Assembly: GCA_024137785.1 (NCBI GenBank)
Contig: JAHRHZ010000042.1
Coordinates: forward strand, 23,284,682-23,348,681
Direction of reading: 5' to 3'
From: Ginglymostoma cirratum
Taxonomy: Eukaryota
Length of the DNA stretch: 64,000 nucleotides
Shown: positions 1 to 12,130 of the stretch, in pieces
How positions within the stretch are numbered: position 1 is the first letter of the stretch
Layout: every line of letters begins with the position of its first letter
Position numbers and translations under genes: made by a program
Notes under the pieces: generated by a model
Told to the model about the DNA's origin: nothing
The model's database searches: none
What the model saw: the letters and a program-made list of their open reading frames with translations, nothing else

Positions 1-269
1 ACAGAAAATTAATTTTCAAATACAATCTGCCTTTAGAATAGCACATTGAATAATAGAATATATCCAAAGATATTTAAGCATAAAATAAGAAAAAAAATGC
101 AGCATTTGTCTTGTGCTTTCATGAATCCTTTATGAAGGTTTTGTAAGCAGTTCTGACCTCCTTACCACAAAGTGGGCCATTCAGTCTTTGGTTAGAATGG
201 ATCAATATTGTATGATGTTTGGAAGAATGAGTGGTGATCCATTAAAACATATAAAACTCTTCAACGCTT

Positions 270-1560
270 CCCTCCCAAGAGGTGCCTGCCACGTTAGCCC
301 CTGAACCCCACCTTCCTCTATCTAAGACAAGCTGGGTTAGACAGTCTCAATGACTTTATGCTCATCCCTGGAGTGAAAATGCAATTTTGACTGGCTCTTG
401 TTCGTAACCTCTTGCTGTAGCTGGGAATCCACGAAGGGCCACAAATGCCAGTAACAGTCAATCCAGTGGTGTCCGCTGATGCGGTTCGATGCATTGGACA
501 TGACTGATGTGTACCTTGGGTTTTCTTTCCTTTCTTGGTGGTCCTTGCAAGTGGGCTTGTTGCTTTGGATGGTGGCGGATGTTGCTGGTGTTAGCCCGGG
601 GTTGGTGTCTTGTGTCTCTGGGTACTTTCGGTCACCTCCAGACATTGAGTGGAGGTTGGTGGTTAGTTGATGGTGTTCAGTGGTTGTGAGGGCTGTTCTC
701 GGTGTCAGGGGTGTTCACAGAGTCCTTGCTGGGGACTTTTCTCTGGGTCAGCAAGTCTGACTGATCCCCTTTCCCTTCCTCACAGGGTTGGCTGAAGAAC
801 TCCTTCGCAAGCGGGGCCTACCTCCTGCTCTGACTCTCGATCTCCCCTTGTGGAGCCCACCTCAGAGCACACATCTGGTTGGAATTGGGGTGCATTGCTG
901 GTATCGCAGTGCCTACTGTTCACAGTCCACCCTGCTGGGATTGGGGCCCCCAGTTGTACCTATCTGCAACCCCCTTATCTTCCAACAAATCTGGTTTCAG
1001 CTGCCAAGCTATTGTTTCTCCTCTCAGGGCTGAATGAGCTTCCCAATCACTGGAGTAGGTGTGAATGGCCTTTCGATGAAGCTGAATGGTTTCAATGGTT
1101 TGGAATGTCCAGTATTTCCCTAGGATGGGTATATGTTAAGTTTTGAAATGTGTGTAAGGTTCGGTATTTCTGTGCTGGAGCACTGGTTGGAAATTGAATG
1201 GCTTTGTACCTCTGTAGGCTCCAAAGGGTCTGAAGTTGTTGAAGTTGCTTGTTTCCTGCAGTCAGGCTTCCATTGTTTTAAACTGGGGCATGAATGGGGG
1301 TCTTCCTTTAGTTTCTACATGTTAAACCCTGCTCCAGACATCTGCTCTGGGCTGTATATTACCCAATCTGTCCCAACCAGCCTTTTCCTGGTTAAATTGC
1401 AACTGATGATTTCTTGAGTCCAAATGTTCAGTGAATTTGAAACCAATGTAATTTCCACAAAATTCTGTCTTCAGATGGTTTTAATCCAGGGTATGTCCAT
1501 AAACTGATGGGGATTTTTGCCCTACCTCACACTTCATTCCATCACTTTCCCTTTAAGGTC
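270..1560 (-). mobile_element. Unresolved decayed coding-like remnant, possibly retroelement-derived
   Basis: Higher GC than the flanks, with broken S/T/P-rich reading frames on the minus strand. No diagnostic motif recognised. Confidence 0.2.
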
Positions 1561-1927
1561 ATGTCTACCTGAGTTCTATTAATGCTTTGATGCAAACTAC
1601 GAAATACTGTCAAAACAATTCCACGCAAATGCCTGTTTCAATGAGAATTTCAACGTAAAAGACATAACAACAACTCTTAAGGACTGGACTTAGCACAGGG
1701 GAGAGATAGGTCTAATCCATTCTGACTCTTATATGCAGATTATATTTTCAGAGCCTGAATGGTCAGGAGGTTTGTTTTATCCAAAATCAGAGGTTGACTA
1801 GCTTACTGTAACACAATTGAAATGATACGTACATATTGCCACAACTTCCCACTCACGTTCACTATCACAGGTCAATCTGTGCAGGATCTATCATCCAGTT
1901 TAGTTTTTGTGAACTGTTCATCTAATT

Positions 1928-2590
1928 AAAAAGGCAAATGGAATTTTGCCTGCCATTGCTAGTGGGATCGGGTTTGAAAACAGGGAAGCTATGCTGCAAC
2001 TGTGTAGGGTCCTGGTGAGGCCACACCTGGAGTACTGTGTGCAGTTTTGGTCTCCTTACTTGAGAAGAGATATACTAGCACTGGAGGGGGTGCAGAGGAG
2101 ATTCACTCGGTTGATTCCAGAGTTGAGAGAGTTGGATTATGAGGAGAGACTGAGCAGACCGGGATTACACTCATTGGAATTCAGGAGAATGAAACATTAT
2201 TGAAACATATAAGATTATGAAGGGAATAGATAAGGTGGAGGCAGGGAGGTTGTTTCCGCTAGCAGGTGAAACTGGGACTAGAGGGCATCGCCTCAAAATA
2301 ATGGGAAGCAGATGTAGGACAGAGGTCAGGAGAAACTTCTTCACCCGAAGGGTTGTGACTCTGTGGAATTCCCTGCCCAGTGAAGCGGTTGAAGCTACCT
2401 CCTTGAATGTTTTTAAGGCAAGCCTAGATAAATTTTTGAACAGTGAAGGAATTAAGGGTTATGGTGAGTGGGTGGGTAAGTGGAGCTGAGTCTCAAAAAT
2501 ATCAGCCATGATCTTATTAAATGGCGGGGCAGGCTCGAGGGGCCAGATGGCTTACTCCTGCTCCTAGTTCTTATGTTTTTATGTTCTTAT
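1928..2590 (+). mobile_element. CR1 LINE, 5'-truncated (ORF2 C-terminus and 3' UTR)
   Basis: LVRPHLEYCVQFWSP...LEGVQRRFTRLIP and FFTRRVVTLWNSLP motifs; 3' tail of TTCTTATG-type repeats. Confidence 0.95.
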
Positions 2591-2663
2591 CTCTAGTTTC
2601 TCTTTGGATTTTGTGGTGTAAACATCTACATTGCCTTAATGAGTAAACGTGAGTATGTGTGAG

Positions 2664-2960
2664 TCATAGAGTCATATATTGTAAACACAGATATAGACCC
2701 TTCAGTCCAACTTATCCATGCTGACCAGATATCCCAAATTAATCTAGTCCCACTTGCCAGCATTTGGCCCACATCCCTGTAAACCTTTTCTATTCATGTA
2801 CCCACCCAGATGCCTTTTAAATGTTATAATTGTACCCTCCTACACAACCTCCTCTGGCAGTTAGTTGCATACACGTTCCACCCTCTGCATGAAAAGGTTG
2901 TCCCTCAGATCCCTTTTAAATCTTTTCCCTCTCACCTTAAACCTATCCTCTTTAATGAGT
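2664..2960 (-). mobile_element. CR1 LINE 3' fragment
   Basis: Reverse complement of a CR1 3' end (CATAGAGTCATA tail), similar to 50775-51100. Confidence 0.8.
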
Positions 2961-3689
2961 AAGAATTCTGAATTTCTTAGGACTTTTACCCCAAGCAACT
3001 TTTATTCCTACCTGTCTCTAGCAGGCGCTCTGTTTTTTTCAAATTATTACCTTTATGTCTGTGAGTGCTTGTTTGAAGTTGAAATTTTTTCACACTTTCT
3101 CTTGGTGTTAGTAGGTCAAAAAAATCCTCTTCATTTTACTCAAGAAAATACTGGTGATTGGCTTTTTTCATTTTCCAGGGAATAATGTTTAAGTTATAGC
3201 CTGAGAGCAACATTCTAAAAATAAATAAGAACATTTTGTTACAATTGAATAAGGGGATTCAAAACAGGGGAACAAAATTGTCCCACCTCATCTGGTTAAG
3301 AGAGGCTATGTGCCATATACTGAGCTACGTTTTGTATAACAGGAATCTTACCATAAATGCTACAATGAATATTGACAGAGATGTGAAAGATATTGAACAT
3401 GACTACCTTAATTCTTTGAACTTGAGGACATCATGCACAAGTATTATTAACAAAAAAAAATTATGTTGATGTTTAGGTCGTGGGAACTTTGCACCCAAGT
3501 TGTTGTCATTGTCTGACAATTCAATTAGATTGCAAAACATATCCTTTTACTCTTGATAAGTCACTCTAATATTCAGATCTGAGAATTAATAGGGGTAATA
3601 GGGGAACACTCAAAGTTCAAATTAAACACCATCATCTTTACTTGGTGTGAACAATACAATCAATTCATTACAGTAGTCTTTCAACTCTT

Positions 3690-4050
3690 CGAGATATTAA
3701 GAGGAGAAGATAGGGTAGATAAATATGAACCATTTCTATTGTTGAGGATTTAGGCACTAGGGGGAATAGTTTGAGAATTAGACCAAGGTTGTTCAGAAAA
3801 GATGCTAAGAAGCACTACACACAAATGGTGGTAGATGTTTCGTACTCACTTCTGCAAATGACAGTGGATACCTGTTAATTTGTCCATTTTAAATTTGAGG
3901 TAGATAATTTTTTTTGTTCAGCAAAGGTATTAAGGGATATGGGCCAAGGGCAGGCACATGCCACAGACCAGCCATGATCTCACAGAACGGTGGAACAAAC
4001 ATGAGGCGTTGAATGGCCTGCTCCTATTCCTACGTTCCTATGTTCCTAAC
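3690..4050 (+). mobile_element. Degenerate CR1 3' fragment
   Basis: Similar to 2220-2590 (taagggatatggg...cagccatgatct...tggcct..ctcct..ttcctatgttcct). Confidence 0.75.
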
Positions 4051-4877
4051 ATATGCGTTTCAATACAACTATTAACAATACATCCACTATCAATATACTC
4101 ATTAGCAATACACCATTCATCAAAAACACTTTTCAACAAATTATACCTGCAATCTCCCAGAGAGCAGTCAAACTCCCTCCTCAAATTACCTGTTAGTGAC
4201 TGACCAAGCTACTTCACTTGTGCAGTAAATCAAGTAGGCAATGATTTTTATTCATCTTGTCACCCACAAGTTGAGCAGGATATTAAATTGATAAGCATCT
4301 ATTGTGCCAATCGAATACACTTGAAGTTACAAGTATCCAATGAGGCATCCAGTTCCTTGTTCAGACAATGGTATTGGAATCTCCTTGACAATGATAACTT
4401 GTTTCAATTCCTTTGGTAATTTCGGCACTTCTTGTTGATGTTGCAGATGCCTTCAGGATCTTTATCAGTAAATATAACAGCTGCACTCTTTTTTTGTTCA
4501 AAAATACTTTTCGTAACCAAGCTACAATTAAATAATCCAAATCACAACAGTTGCTGTCTTCTTTCAAACTGTTGGTTCGGGAATTAAAGACAATGTTAAT
4601 CTGGTAAACCATAAACTCTAAACATACCTCCTGGCTGTTCCGCATTTGAGAAAGAGTCCAATTCTGATATCATGCAATATAATTAATTTGTGCAACTGTC
4701 TTGCAGCATTCAAAGCACTTAGAGTAGCTAACAGGCATTTAAAGTCTAAACTATCTGTGTATGGGAATTCAAAGACAGAAAATTGGCATGAAAGCAAAAG
4801 GTAGTTTTGATTCTGACTCATTTTACAACATGTTGTGCTTTTTGATAAACATTTCCCAACCTGGGAAACATACTGAC

Positions 4878-4922
4878 CAGAGCCTCCACTATTTTTAATT
4901 GGTAGTAGATTGTGATGATTTC
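4878..4922 (-). pseudogene. Possible 45-nt cytoplasmic mini-exon of IgSF copy A
   Basis: ttttcaacccAG|...|GTCAGT, phase 1-1, open frame (G)NHHNLLPIKNSGGS. No homolog in the window confirms it. Confidence 0.25.
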
Positions 4923-5408
4923 CTGGGTTGAAAAATTATGCAAATCTCAATTGCAAATTTTAATTAACGATACAATTATGTCATTCAAAAATATTGTTTG
5001 CTTTTTACATTATTTCATTTTATTCTCCTTTGACTGGAATTGCTTCCACATCTTTTTCCAAATATAATGGATGAATCTGAAGCCTATTAAGTTTTAGATA
5101 AAGAAGTTGTACAGTCTAATTTCAAATATTCATGTAGTCCTCCTTTTTCTGCTGTTGTAATATTTATTGTGGAGCAGTTTCATAAAAACAGAAGAACTAA
5201 ATAGTCACTATTCCCCTATCTAATTGTACATAACTACACCGTCATGTCTTTAATGATACAATTTAATAAAAATCTGCACAAGAACAAGAAAGAACTCAAG
5301 CTCAATAAAGCAATTTGTCGTCCGAGGTTGAAGTTATATTCTTTTACCATTATAGATTTCAATGAAAACATTCATAATTTAATGCTTCTTGGAGATTGAA
5401 ACTTCACT

Positions 5409-5516
5409 CATCTCTTGTTATTCAGCAATTAATGAAGCAGCTCAGTGTGTTTAGAATCAAAATGAATGCAGCAACAACCATGGATCACCCAATAAAAATT
5501 CACAACCATGTGTCAC
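5409..5516 (-). pseudogene. Copy A transmembrane exon
   Basis: tttctttcAG acceptor; reads (G)DTWL*IFIG*SMVVAAFILILNTLSCFINC*ITRD with 3 TGA stops. Clear nucleotide homolog at 27469-27576. 3' end uncertain because the donor is non-canonical. Confidence 0.8.
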
Positions 5517-6271
5517 CTGAAAGAAACTTGCGAAATTTGGATGTGGCTTTTTTAAAATAAGTACCTTTGGTCGGATCAAATGGTAAAGATTCTTTCGAAG
5601 TTATTTCATAGTCGGCAAAAATACAACCATCATGACCCATTTCATAACTTTTAAGAGGAGTGGAGCATTTAATTTTCTTCCCTTGGTCCTTTTAAATTTC
5701 TGGAGATAATGGCTCAACGTGAACTGAAAAAGTAACAGCATTTGAACAAGACACAGTATTATTAATGTACAAGTTGGCCGACCGAATCGATCATACATAA
5801 CATTCCATATCAACTGCAAATATCCACAGACTGAAGACCCCATTCCCTTGTTATCTTTAGAAAAGTTGAAACTCATCCTTCACCTCCCACCATCTTCATG
5901 AGGATGCTCCAACTGCACGTTAAGTATCAAGTTACTTTCTGACAGAGACGGTCTTTTGTAATTGACATCATAATTGCACTCTGTTCACCAGGTCAACAAT
6001 TAGAAAAAGACACTCAATCTATCTTGTGCATGACATTGACAATTAAGTGTGGATTCGTTTTCCTTCAGATGGTCAATTAATGTTGAAGATGTTAAACGTC
6101 AAGTTTTAAACAGTAAATCATTTTCTTCCCCTCATTGCTTAAGAAGAGACTCCTTTTCCTTATAAATATTCTAGAAAATCTAACAGACATTTCACTGAAA
6201 CCTACTCACAATTAATTCTGCTGTTACAGTTTTTGAGAGCTTTACACATTCATGGGAACACATAGACATAC

Positions 6272-6592
6272 CTTTTTGAACAGCTATCAAACAAACACTT
6301 GCATTTTTCCAATCATAACTATTGTTTGCCAGACACCAATAGATACCTGCATCTTCAGATTGGAAATTAATTTTACTTAATTTTAAGATGCTTAATCCAA
6401 CTGCTATTTGTACCATCTCAGTGCAGTTTTCCCTGTCCTTCAGCCAGATCACAGAGGTGACAGGGTCACTATATGCAGAGCATCTCAATTCCAGGAATGA
6501 ATTTGTGTGGACAGTGATGGAGCTACTGTTCCCTGGATGGTAAATGGCACTGCTGTTTGACCAGTACATTATTGTGAGAAACTGGGGACCAT
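6272..6592 (-). pseudogene. Copy A I/C2-set Ig exon (open frame)
   Basis: acttttAG|AT...AAAG|GTATGT, 321 nt, phase 1-1. YGPQ...LELRCSAYSDPVTSVIWLK...EDAGIYWCLANNSY. Confidence 0.9.
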
Positions 6593-7208
6593 CTAAAAGT
6601 AAAACAGAATAAAAGATTTTGGGTGACAGAGTTGGGACTATGATTATGTTTAGAATGATTGTAAACAAAATTAATTGCACAGAAAATAAGCAATTAAAAT
6701 TAACTACATTTATATGAATATAGTATCGGCAGATTACTGCAGGATGATATTCTATACATCAATACAATTGCTTATACACAAAACTTGACTAAATTGTCAA
6801 AGTGCGTAATCTTGCATATGAGTAAGTTTGAAAAGCCTGGAAGAAGTTACTCAAATACTAATTGTAAGGTAAGGACAAGCTTTGACATTAAAAGCTTAAA
6901 GTTTGTGTTAGTAAGAAAAGGTTTTTGCAATGTTGCACAATGTGGAGGTACTTCCAGAGATTGAGTTAGACCAGGAAACAACATAACAGAGTTTAATTCC
7001 AAATGGAATCTATGTACAAAAGAGAGTGTCTACAAAATGTCATATCTTCAGTTTAAAAGAAAACTGAATGATGCTTTTAGAATTACATTGGATGCACTGG
7101 TGCAGTAAATTCCAGAGAGACCTAAACCAACCACTGGTGAAGATGTGATTGATTTCTTTATCAATGATTTTTGCTGCTTTGATAAAAGTTAGTCAGCAGA
7201 CTGGATAA

Positions 7209-7306
7209 CTGAGATAACAAGGTGTAGGGCTGGATGAACACAGCAGGCCAAGCAGCATCAGAGGAGCAGGAAGGCTGACGTTTCGGGCCTAGACCCTTCT
7301 TCAGAA
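7209..7306. mobile_element. Short Penelope-derived non-autonomous element with hammerhead core
   Basis: Flanked by the direct repeat ACTGGATAACT. Minus strand 7275-7304 reads CTGAAGA-AGGGTCTAGGCCC-GAAA-CGTC. Confidence 0.8.
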
Positions 7307-7724
7307 ACTGGATAACTAATTGCTTCTACTCAAATGGAGCAAAGTCACTTGAAAAATGCACTTCAACGAGCGGGAGTAACTATGTTGAACAGAGAGGGCA
7401 ACTCCAGCAATGTAGCCCATTCTCAATATTGTTAGCAATTTTAGTCCGGATTACAGGGAGAGCATTTTTCTTAGCTATTGATGTTATCCATTTCTGAAAA
7501 TAGCAATATTGTTGAGGAGAATGCTCACACAACATCGAGTTTGATCTTTGTATTCAAGTTCAGTCTGGATTAGAATTCATTTCTTGGTGTGAAGTTCAAA
7601 ATCCCAATTTTCTTGTGAGGAGGTGAAAGTGCTGCTCTTTCAAATGGAACTTCCACAAACATTAACCTCAAACCAAAGAGGAATTGCAATTGAAAATAAT
7701 AATAGCATTGGGGTTAATACTCGC

Positions 7725-8020
7725 ACATAGCTTGTTGTCTGATCTTATTTGTTACTGGTTGTTTGAAAGTCATATAATTTATCTGACACAAACAGTCAGT
7801 TCCATGTTCTGTCACTTGGGGAATGATCTCAAATTCATTGGTAACAATAGGCTTACCATTAACCATTCCTTTCAAAGTTGGTACACTGATATTTGTGGTT
7901 ATGTTTGTTCCATTACGGGTAACACAGATGTTCTCAGACTGCAACCCTTGGACAGACCAGGTCAGGACAGACTTTTGTCCAGCAATCAAACCACCATCCA
8001 CATTGGAAATTTCAAGGATC
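7725..8020 (-). pseudogene. Copy A C1-type Ig exon (degenerate)
   Basis: LIAGQKSVLTWSVQGLQSENI...EIIPQVTEHGTDCLCQI aligns to the C1 exons of copies B and C. First Cys is now Trp, the core Trp is lost, and the donor reads GCGAGT. 5' boundary uncertain. Confidence 0.8.
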
Positions 8021-8919
8021 CTGATAAAGCGGGAAATCATCATTAATGTAATTGTGAACTTTTAAAATATACAAACCATTGAACACAATGGCAAAATACT
8101 AGAGATTTTTAGTGCTAGTATTCTGAAAGTGTACTCCGTTTCATGTCACAACAACACCTCAGACTGGTTCATGAATTGTGTGCTTGTACAACTCCTTCAG
8201 CCCCCTTTAACTTTTCAAGTTGCACAATTCAAAAATAAATTGCATCATGGCTTTAGTCTTAACTATGATCAGATGTTAGTTTATGACACAACTGTTGCTG
8301 AAAATTCATTAAATCACCAGAAGGTGAGTGTTGTTGTATAAAATACAGATACAAAGATGAAAAATAGTTAGATGTAACAGACGTTTCTAAACATGAAAGT
8401 GAAAGATGATAAGTCTGGTAATGCTTTCACGCTGTTACTTGCTTGACAATTCTTAGGTTGAAAGCTGGATGCCAGAAATCAGCAGCTGCTCTGAAAAAGT
8501 TGGAGATTTTTTCCAGAGGGGTAACTGAGTGGAACAGATTCTGGGAAGGAAGTAGTGAGGTCTCCCTTGTTTTATTTTGTCATGCCACTGCACTGTATTG
8601 ATTCACACCTTTAACTTCTTTCCCTTGCTTTATCTCATTGTTGTGTAATCTGTCCCTGATAGTATCTCTCAGAATTCTTCTCGAAGTTTTGTGATAAGGG
8701 AATTTCGCAGCCTGTTTTATGGCAACCAAAGCAAAATGGCAGCTTTGTGAATTTTGAAAAAAAGTATTGTTCCATGACAAACAGAAACTGGTTAATTAAA
8801 CTGGAATTTCTTGTGTTGTCCTTCCAGTCTGCTGTTCTGAAAAGCTTACAATTCCCACTATTTGGTAGGATTCATTGATCTAAATAATTCTGACACAAGA
8901 CATCAGTCTGTCTGCTTTG

Positions 8920-9137
8920 TGTGGAGCTAGAGGAACACAGCAGGCCAGGAAGCTTCAGAGGAGCAGTAAAGTTGTCGTTTCAGGTCGAGACCCTTCTTCA
9001 CTCATTTCTGAAGAAGGTTCCCAACCTGAAACAACAACTTTCCTGCGCCTCTGATGCTGCCTCGCCTGCTGTGTTCGTCCAGCTCCGCACTGTGTTGTCT
9101 CTGACTCCAGCATCTGCAGTTCTTGCCATCTCTCGTT
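8920..9137. mobile_element. Penelope-derived inverted-repeat short element
   Basis: Fold-back of the gaacacagcaggcc...gaggagc unit; TSD TGTCTGCTTTG. Confidence 0.8.
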
Positions 9138-10439
9138 TTGTCTGCTTTGCCTGGCCACAGTGAATCAACAAGAGCAATCATGGGATTTTAGAAGACACCT
9201 TGTGAAATGGTAAGTCCATTTTAAGAAGATAACTTAGCCTTCTTTACAAAATATATAATTTAATTACACAGCTGTGATGATCATACTGTACATTAATTTA
9301 CATATGAATTAATAGCTTTCTCAAAATTTGAAGGAACTTTTCTCCACATGTTACCAAGCATGTCCTGCCCACAAAAATCAAGACAAATCTACAATGGTCA
9401 ATTAATGCACTATCAATCCTCTCTCAGGCATCAGTAACGTGGTGGACAGTGCCGTTGATGGTCTGTCAATGGAAATACAAACAGCAATAAACTTGCTCCA
9501 ATCCTCATACTGAGTAATAATTTTATTAAAAAAAACATATTTCCACTTTATTCATGGAAGGAGTTGCCAGTGAAAATTGCACTTTTAAGAATATTTTACA
9601 ATAACCAACCACTAAGATGAACATAGATTAAATATGACTTAACAGACAACTAGAACTCCACGATGCAGGGAACGTAATTCTCCTTTATCTATCTATAACA
9701 ACTGAAATACTGTGATCAGGTGACCCATGACAGTCAGGATTGTTACAGAAATATTGATTTTGTTTCTGAGCACAGATAAAAACTCAAACATTGAAATCGA
9801 ATTTAAACCTAGCCAGATTCTGCAATTTTCAAACTGTTGAGAACTTTTTTCAAAAATCCTGAGTGTAGTTTGGAGACTGTTACTTAGAGATTGAAGACTT
9901 GTACTGAAGAGTCCTGCAAAAACAGTGATATAGTTTAACACAATAGTAGACACTGATAAATTTCGTTTTTCCTTGATAATGTGTTCCATAAAGTTGCATT
10001 GGGCCTTCTCTCTGACTCTTGTCCTCTCTGTATATCTCAATGTGTAATTTGTGAGTTAAAAAGATTTATGGCAAACTGGTCAAGGTTAGTCATGGTACAT
10101 TTACTCACCTTTCATTTTACATCAACAATACATCAATGAAACATTTTTACATGATGCCAGTCACCAAACAAACAGATGGCTTTGTTTATGAAATAACAAG
10201 TTCCTCCTGGCTTTTCAGCAGTCTCCCTTCTCTTTTTCCTACCATGATAAATCCTTTTGTCTTCTTTGCTGAAGCTTGACACAATCCAGGACAAAGCAGC
10301 CCATTTGATCAATACAACATCCGCCACCTTAAAATTTCCTTTCCTTCTCCAACTATTATCATTTATTCATTCACAGGATGATTCTTAATTGCCAGGTTTA
10401 TAATTTCATTGTTTGTCTGTTCCTACACTTCTATTTCCA

Positions 10440-12130
10440 TAGAAACAATGAAGGTAGGAGCAGCGGTAAGCCATGTGACTCCTCAAGCCTGCATCCCCAT
10501 TCAATGTGATTGTGGGTGATTGCTAAGGTTTGCTATCCTTCCTCATATCCCTTTAGCCACAAAAGCTATTTCAACCTCTGAAATAGTTGCACAGAGACCA
10601 GTATCCCATCACAAAGTCACCCGTTATTTACTTGTACACAGTACACTGGGTGTGGCCAGCCAGCTCGGAGTCAGTCACTTGAACTGAGGAGATTCTAATC
10701 TCCTGATTACATTGGTCAGCCAGGGCTTTCTTGATTGGCTGAGGTTAACAACCCCAATTAAAGACCTCGTAGTTAATGACGTCAACCTGGTTCCAATTAT
10801 TACAACATTCATCTTGAAAACAGTGCTTTGATCTCAACCACTTGCTGTAGCAGTGAATCCTACACGCTCACTAGTCCATAAGTGAAGATATTTCTCCTTT
10901 ACTGAGCCCTTAGAGGTTTATGTCTTATCTTTAAGCAATGACCCCTGGTTCTGGACTGCCCCAAACAATAGGAACATCATTACCGCATCTAACCTGTCTT
11001 GGCCTGTTAGAGTTTTATAGGTATCAATGAGATCCTCCTCATTCTTCTAAATTCCAGTGAGTACAATCCTATCCAACTCAATCTATCGACATATGTCAGT
11101 CTTGTCATCCCAGGTATCACTTTGCTGTCTTCCATCTATTGCAAGAACATCCTTCGTCAGGTAACAAAACTGCACACATTATTTTAGGTGCAGCCTGGAC
11201 AATGCCCTGTTATATTTTTAGCAAGGCTTCCTTTTCCCTGTACTTGAATCCTCATGCTATGAATGTCAACATAGGTTTACCTTCTTTACTACCTGCTGCA
11301 CCTGTGCACTTAATTTCAAAAGGCAATGCATAAGGATACCCAAGTCTCATTACACGATCCCCTCTCTCAATTTACAGCCATTCAAATAATAATCTGCCTT
11401 CCTTTTTATTGCTACCAAATTAGATAACTTCACTTATATCCATATTATACTGCGTTTGCCATGCATTTGTCCACTCATTCACCTTGTCCAAATCACACTG
11501 CAACATCTCTGCAACTTCATCACAGCTCACTCTTCCACCCAGTTTTGTGCCATTTGGAAATTTTGAGACATTACGTTTCGTTCCGTCATCTAAATAATTA
11601 ACATATATTGTGATTAGCTGGGATCCCTGCGGTATCCACCAATCACTGTCTGCCATTCAGAAAACGATCCATTTATTCCTAGACTTTGTTTCCTGTCAGC
11701 TAAAAATGTTTATGTTCATCTCAATTCATTACCTCCAATCCCATGCACTTTATTTCTATGCATTAATCTCTTATGTGGAACTTTGTCGAAAGCCTTATGA
11801 AAGTTCAAAAAAAAACTACACCCACTGGCTCCCCTCAATCAACACTATCCGCACAACCTCAAGGAATTCCAGTAGATTTGTCAAGCATAATTTCCCTTTT
11901 TAAGTCCATTCAGACTGGGTCTGATCCCATATCCCTTATTAAATAGTGGATAGCATTAACTACATCCTATCACTAGGAACTGTTCCAGTATCTAAGAAAC
12001 TTTGAAGATGACCACCGATGCATTCACTATTTCTTGGGCTAAATTTTTAAGTATTCTGGGATGGAGATTCTCAGGCTGTAGGGATGTATAGGCTTTGAAT
12101 CCCATCAATTTCCACAACACCACTTCTCTA
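10440..12130 (-). mobile_element. Degenerate CR1 LINE (RT and 3' end), interrupted by a solo LTR
   Basis: IPQGS..ITIYVNYLD..SKFPNGTKLGG...LQCDLD..EW RT remnant (11420-11656 minus); CR1 3' UTR near 10440-10560. Confidence 0.85.
10579..10804 (-). mobile_element. Solo LTR (probably Gypsy-type)
   Basis: TGTA...TTCA termini on the minus strand, CCAAT-like and AATAA signals; second copy at ~47830-48050. Confidence 0.65.

Noticed and set aside
4361-5090. Further cytoplasmic or terminal exons of copy A (candidate acceptors near 5084 and 4460)
   Set aside because: Several mutually exclusive candidates, weak splice signals and no paralog support within the window.
6593-6680. Hydrophobic N-terminus of ORF 6192-6680 as a signal peptide of a single-exon gene
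   Set aside because: The ORF starts at a non-ATG codon in AT-rich intron. The real acceptor at 6593-6594 matches those of copies B and C.
9693-10330. Exon-like segments in copy A intron 2 (acceptor ~9914, donor GTGAGT ~10108)
   Set aside because: No recognisable domain and no counterpart in copy C; likely chance splice-like motifs.
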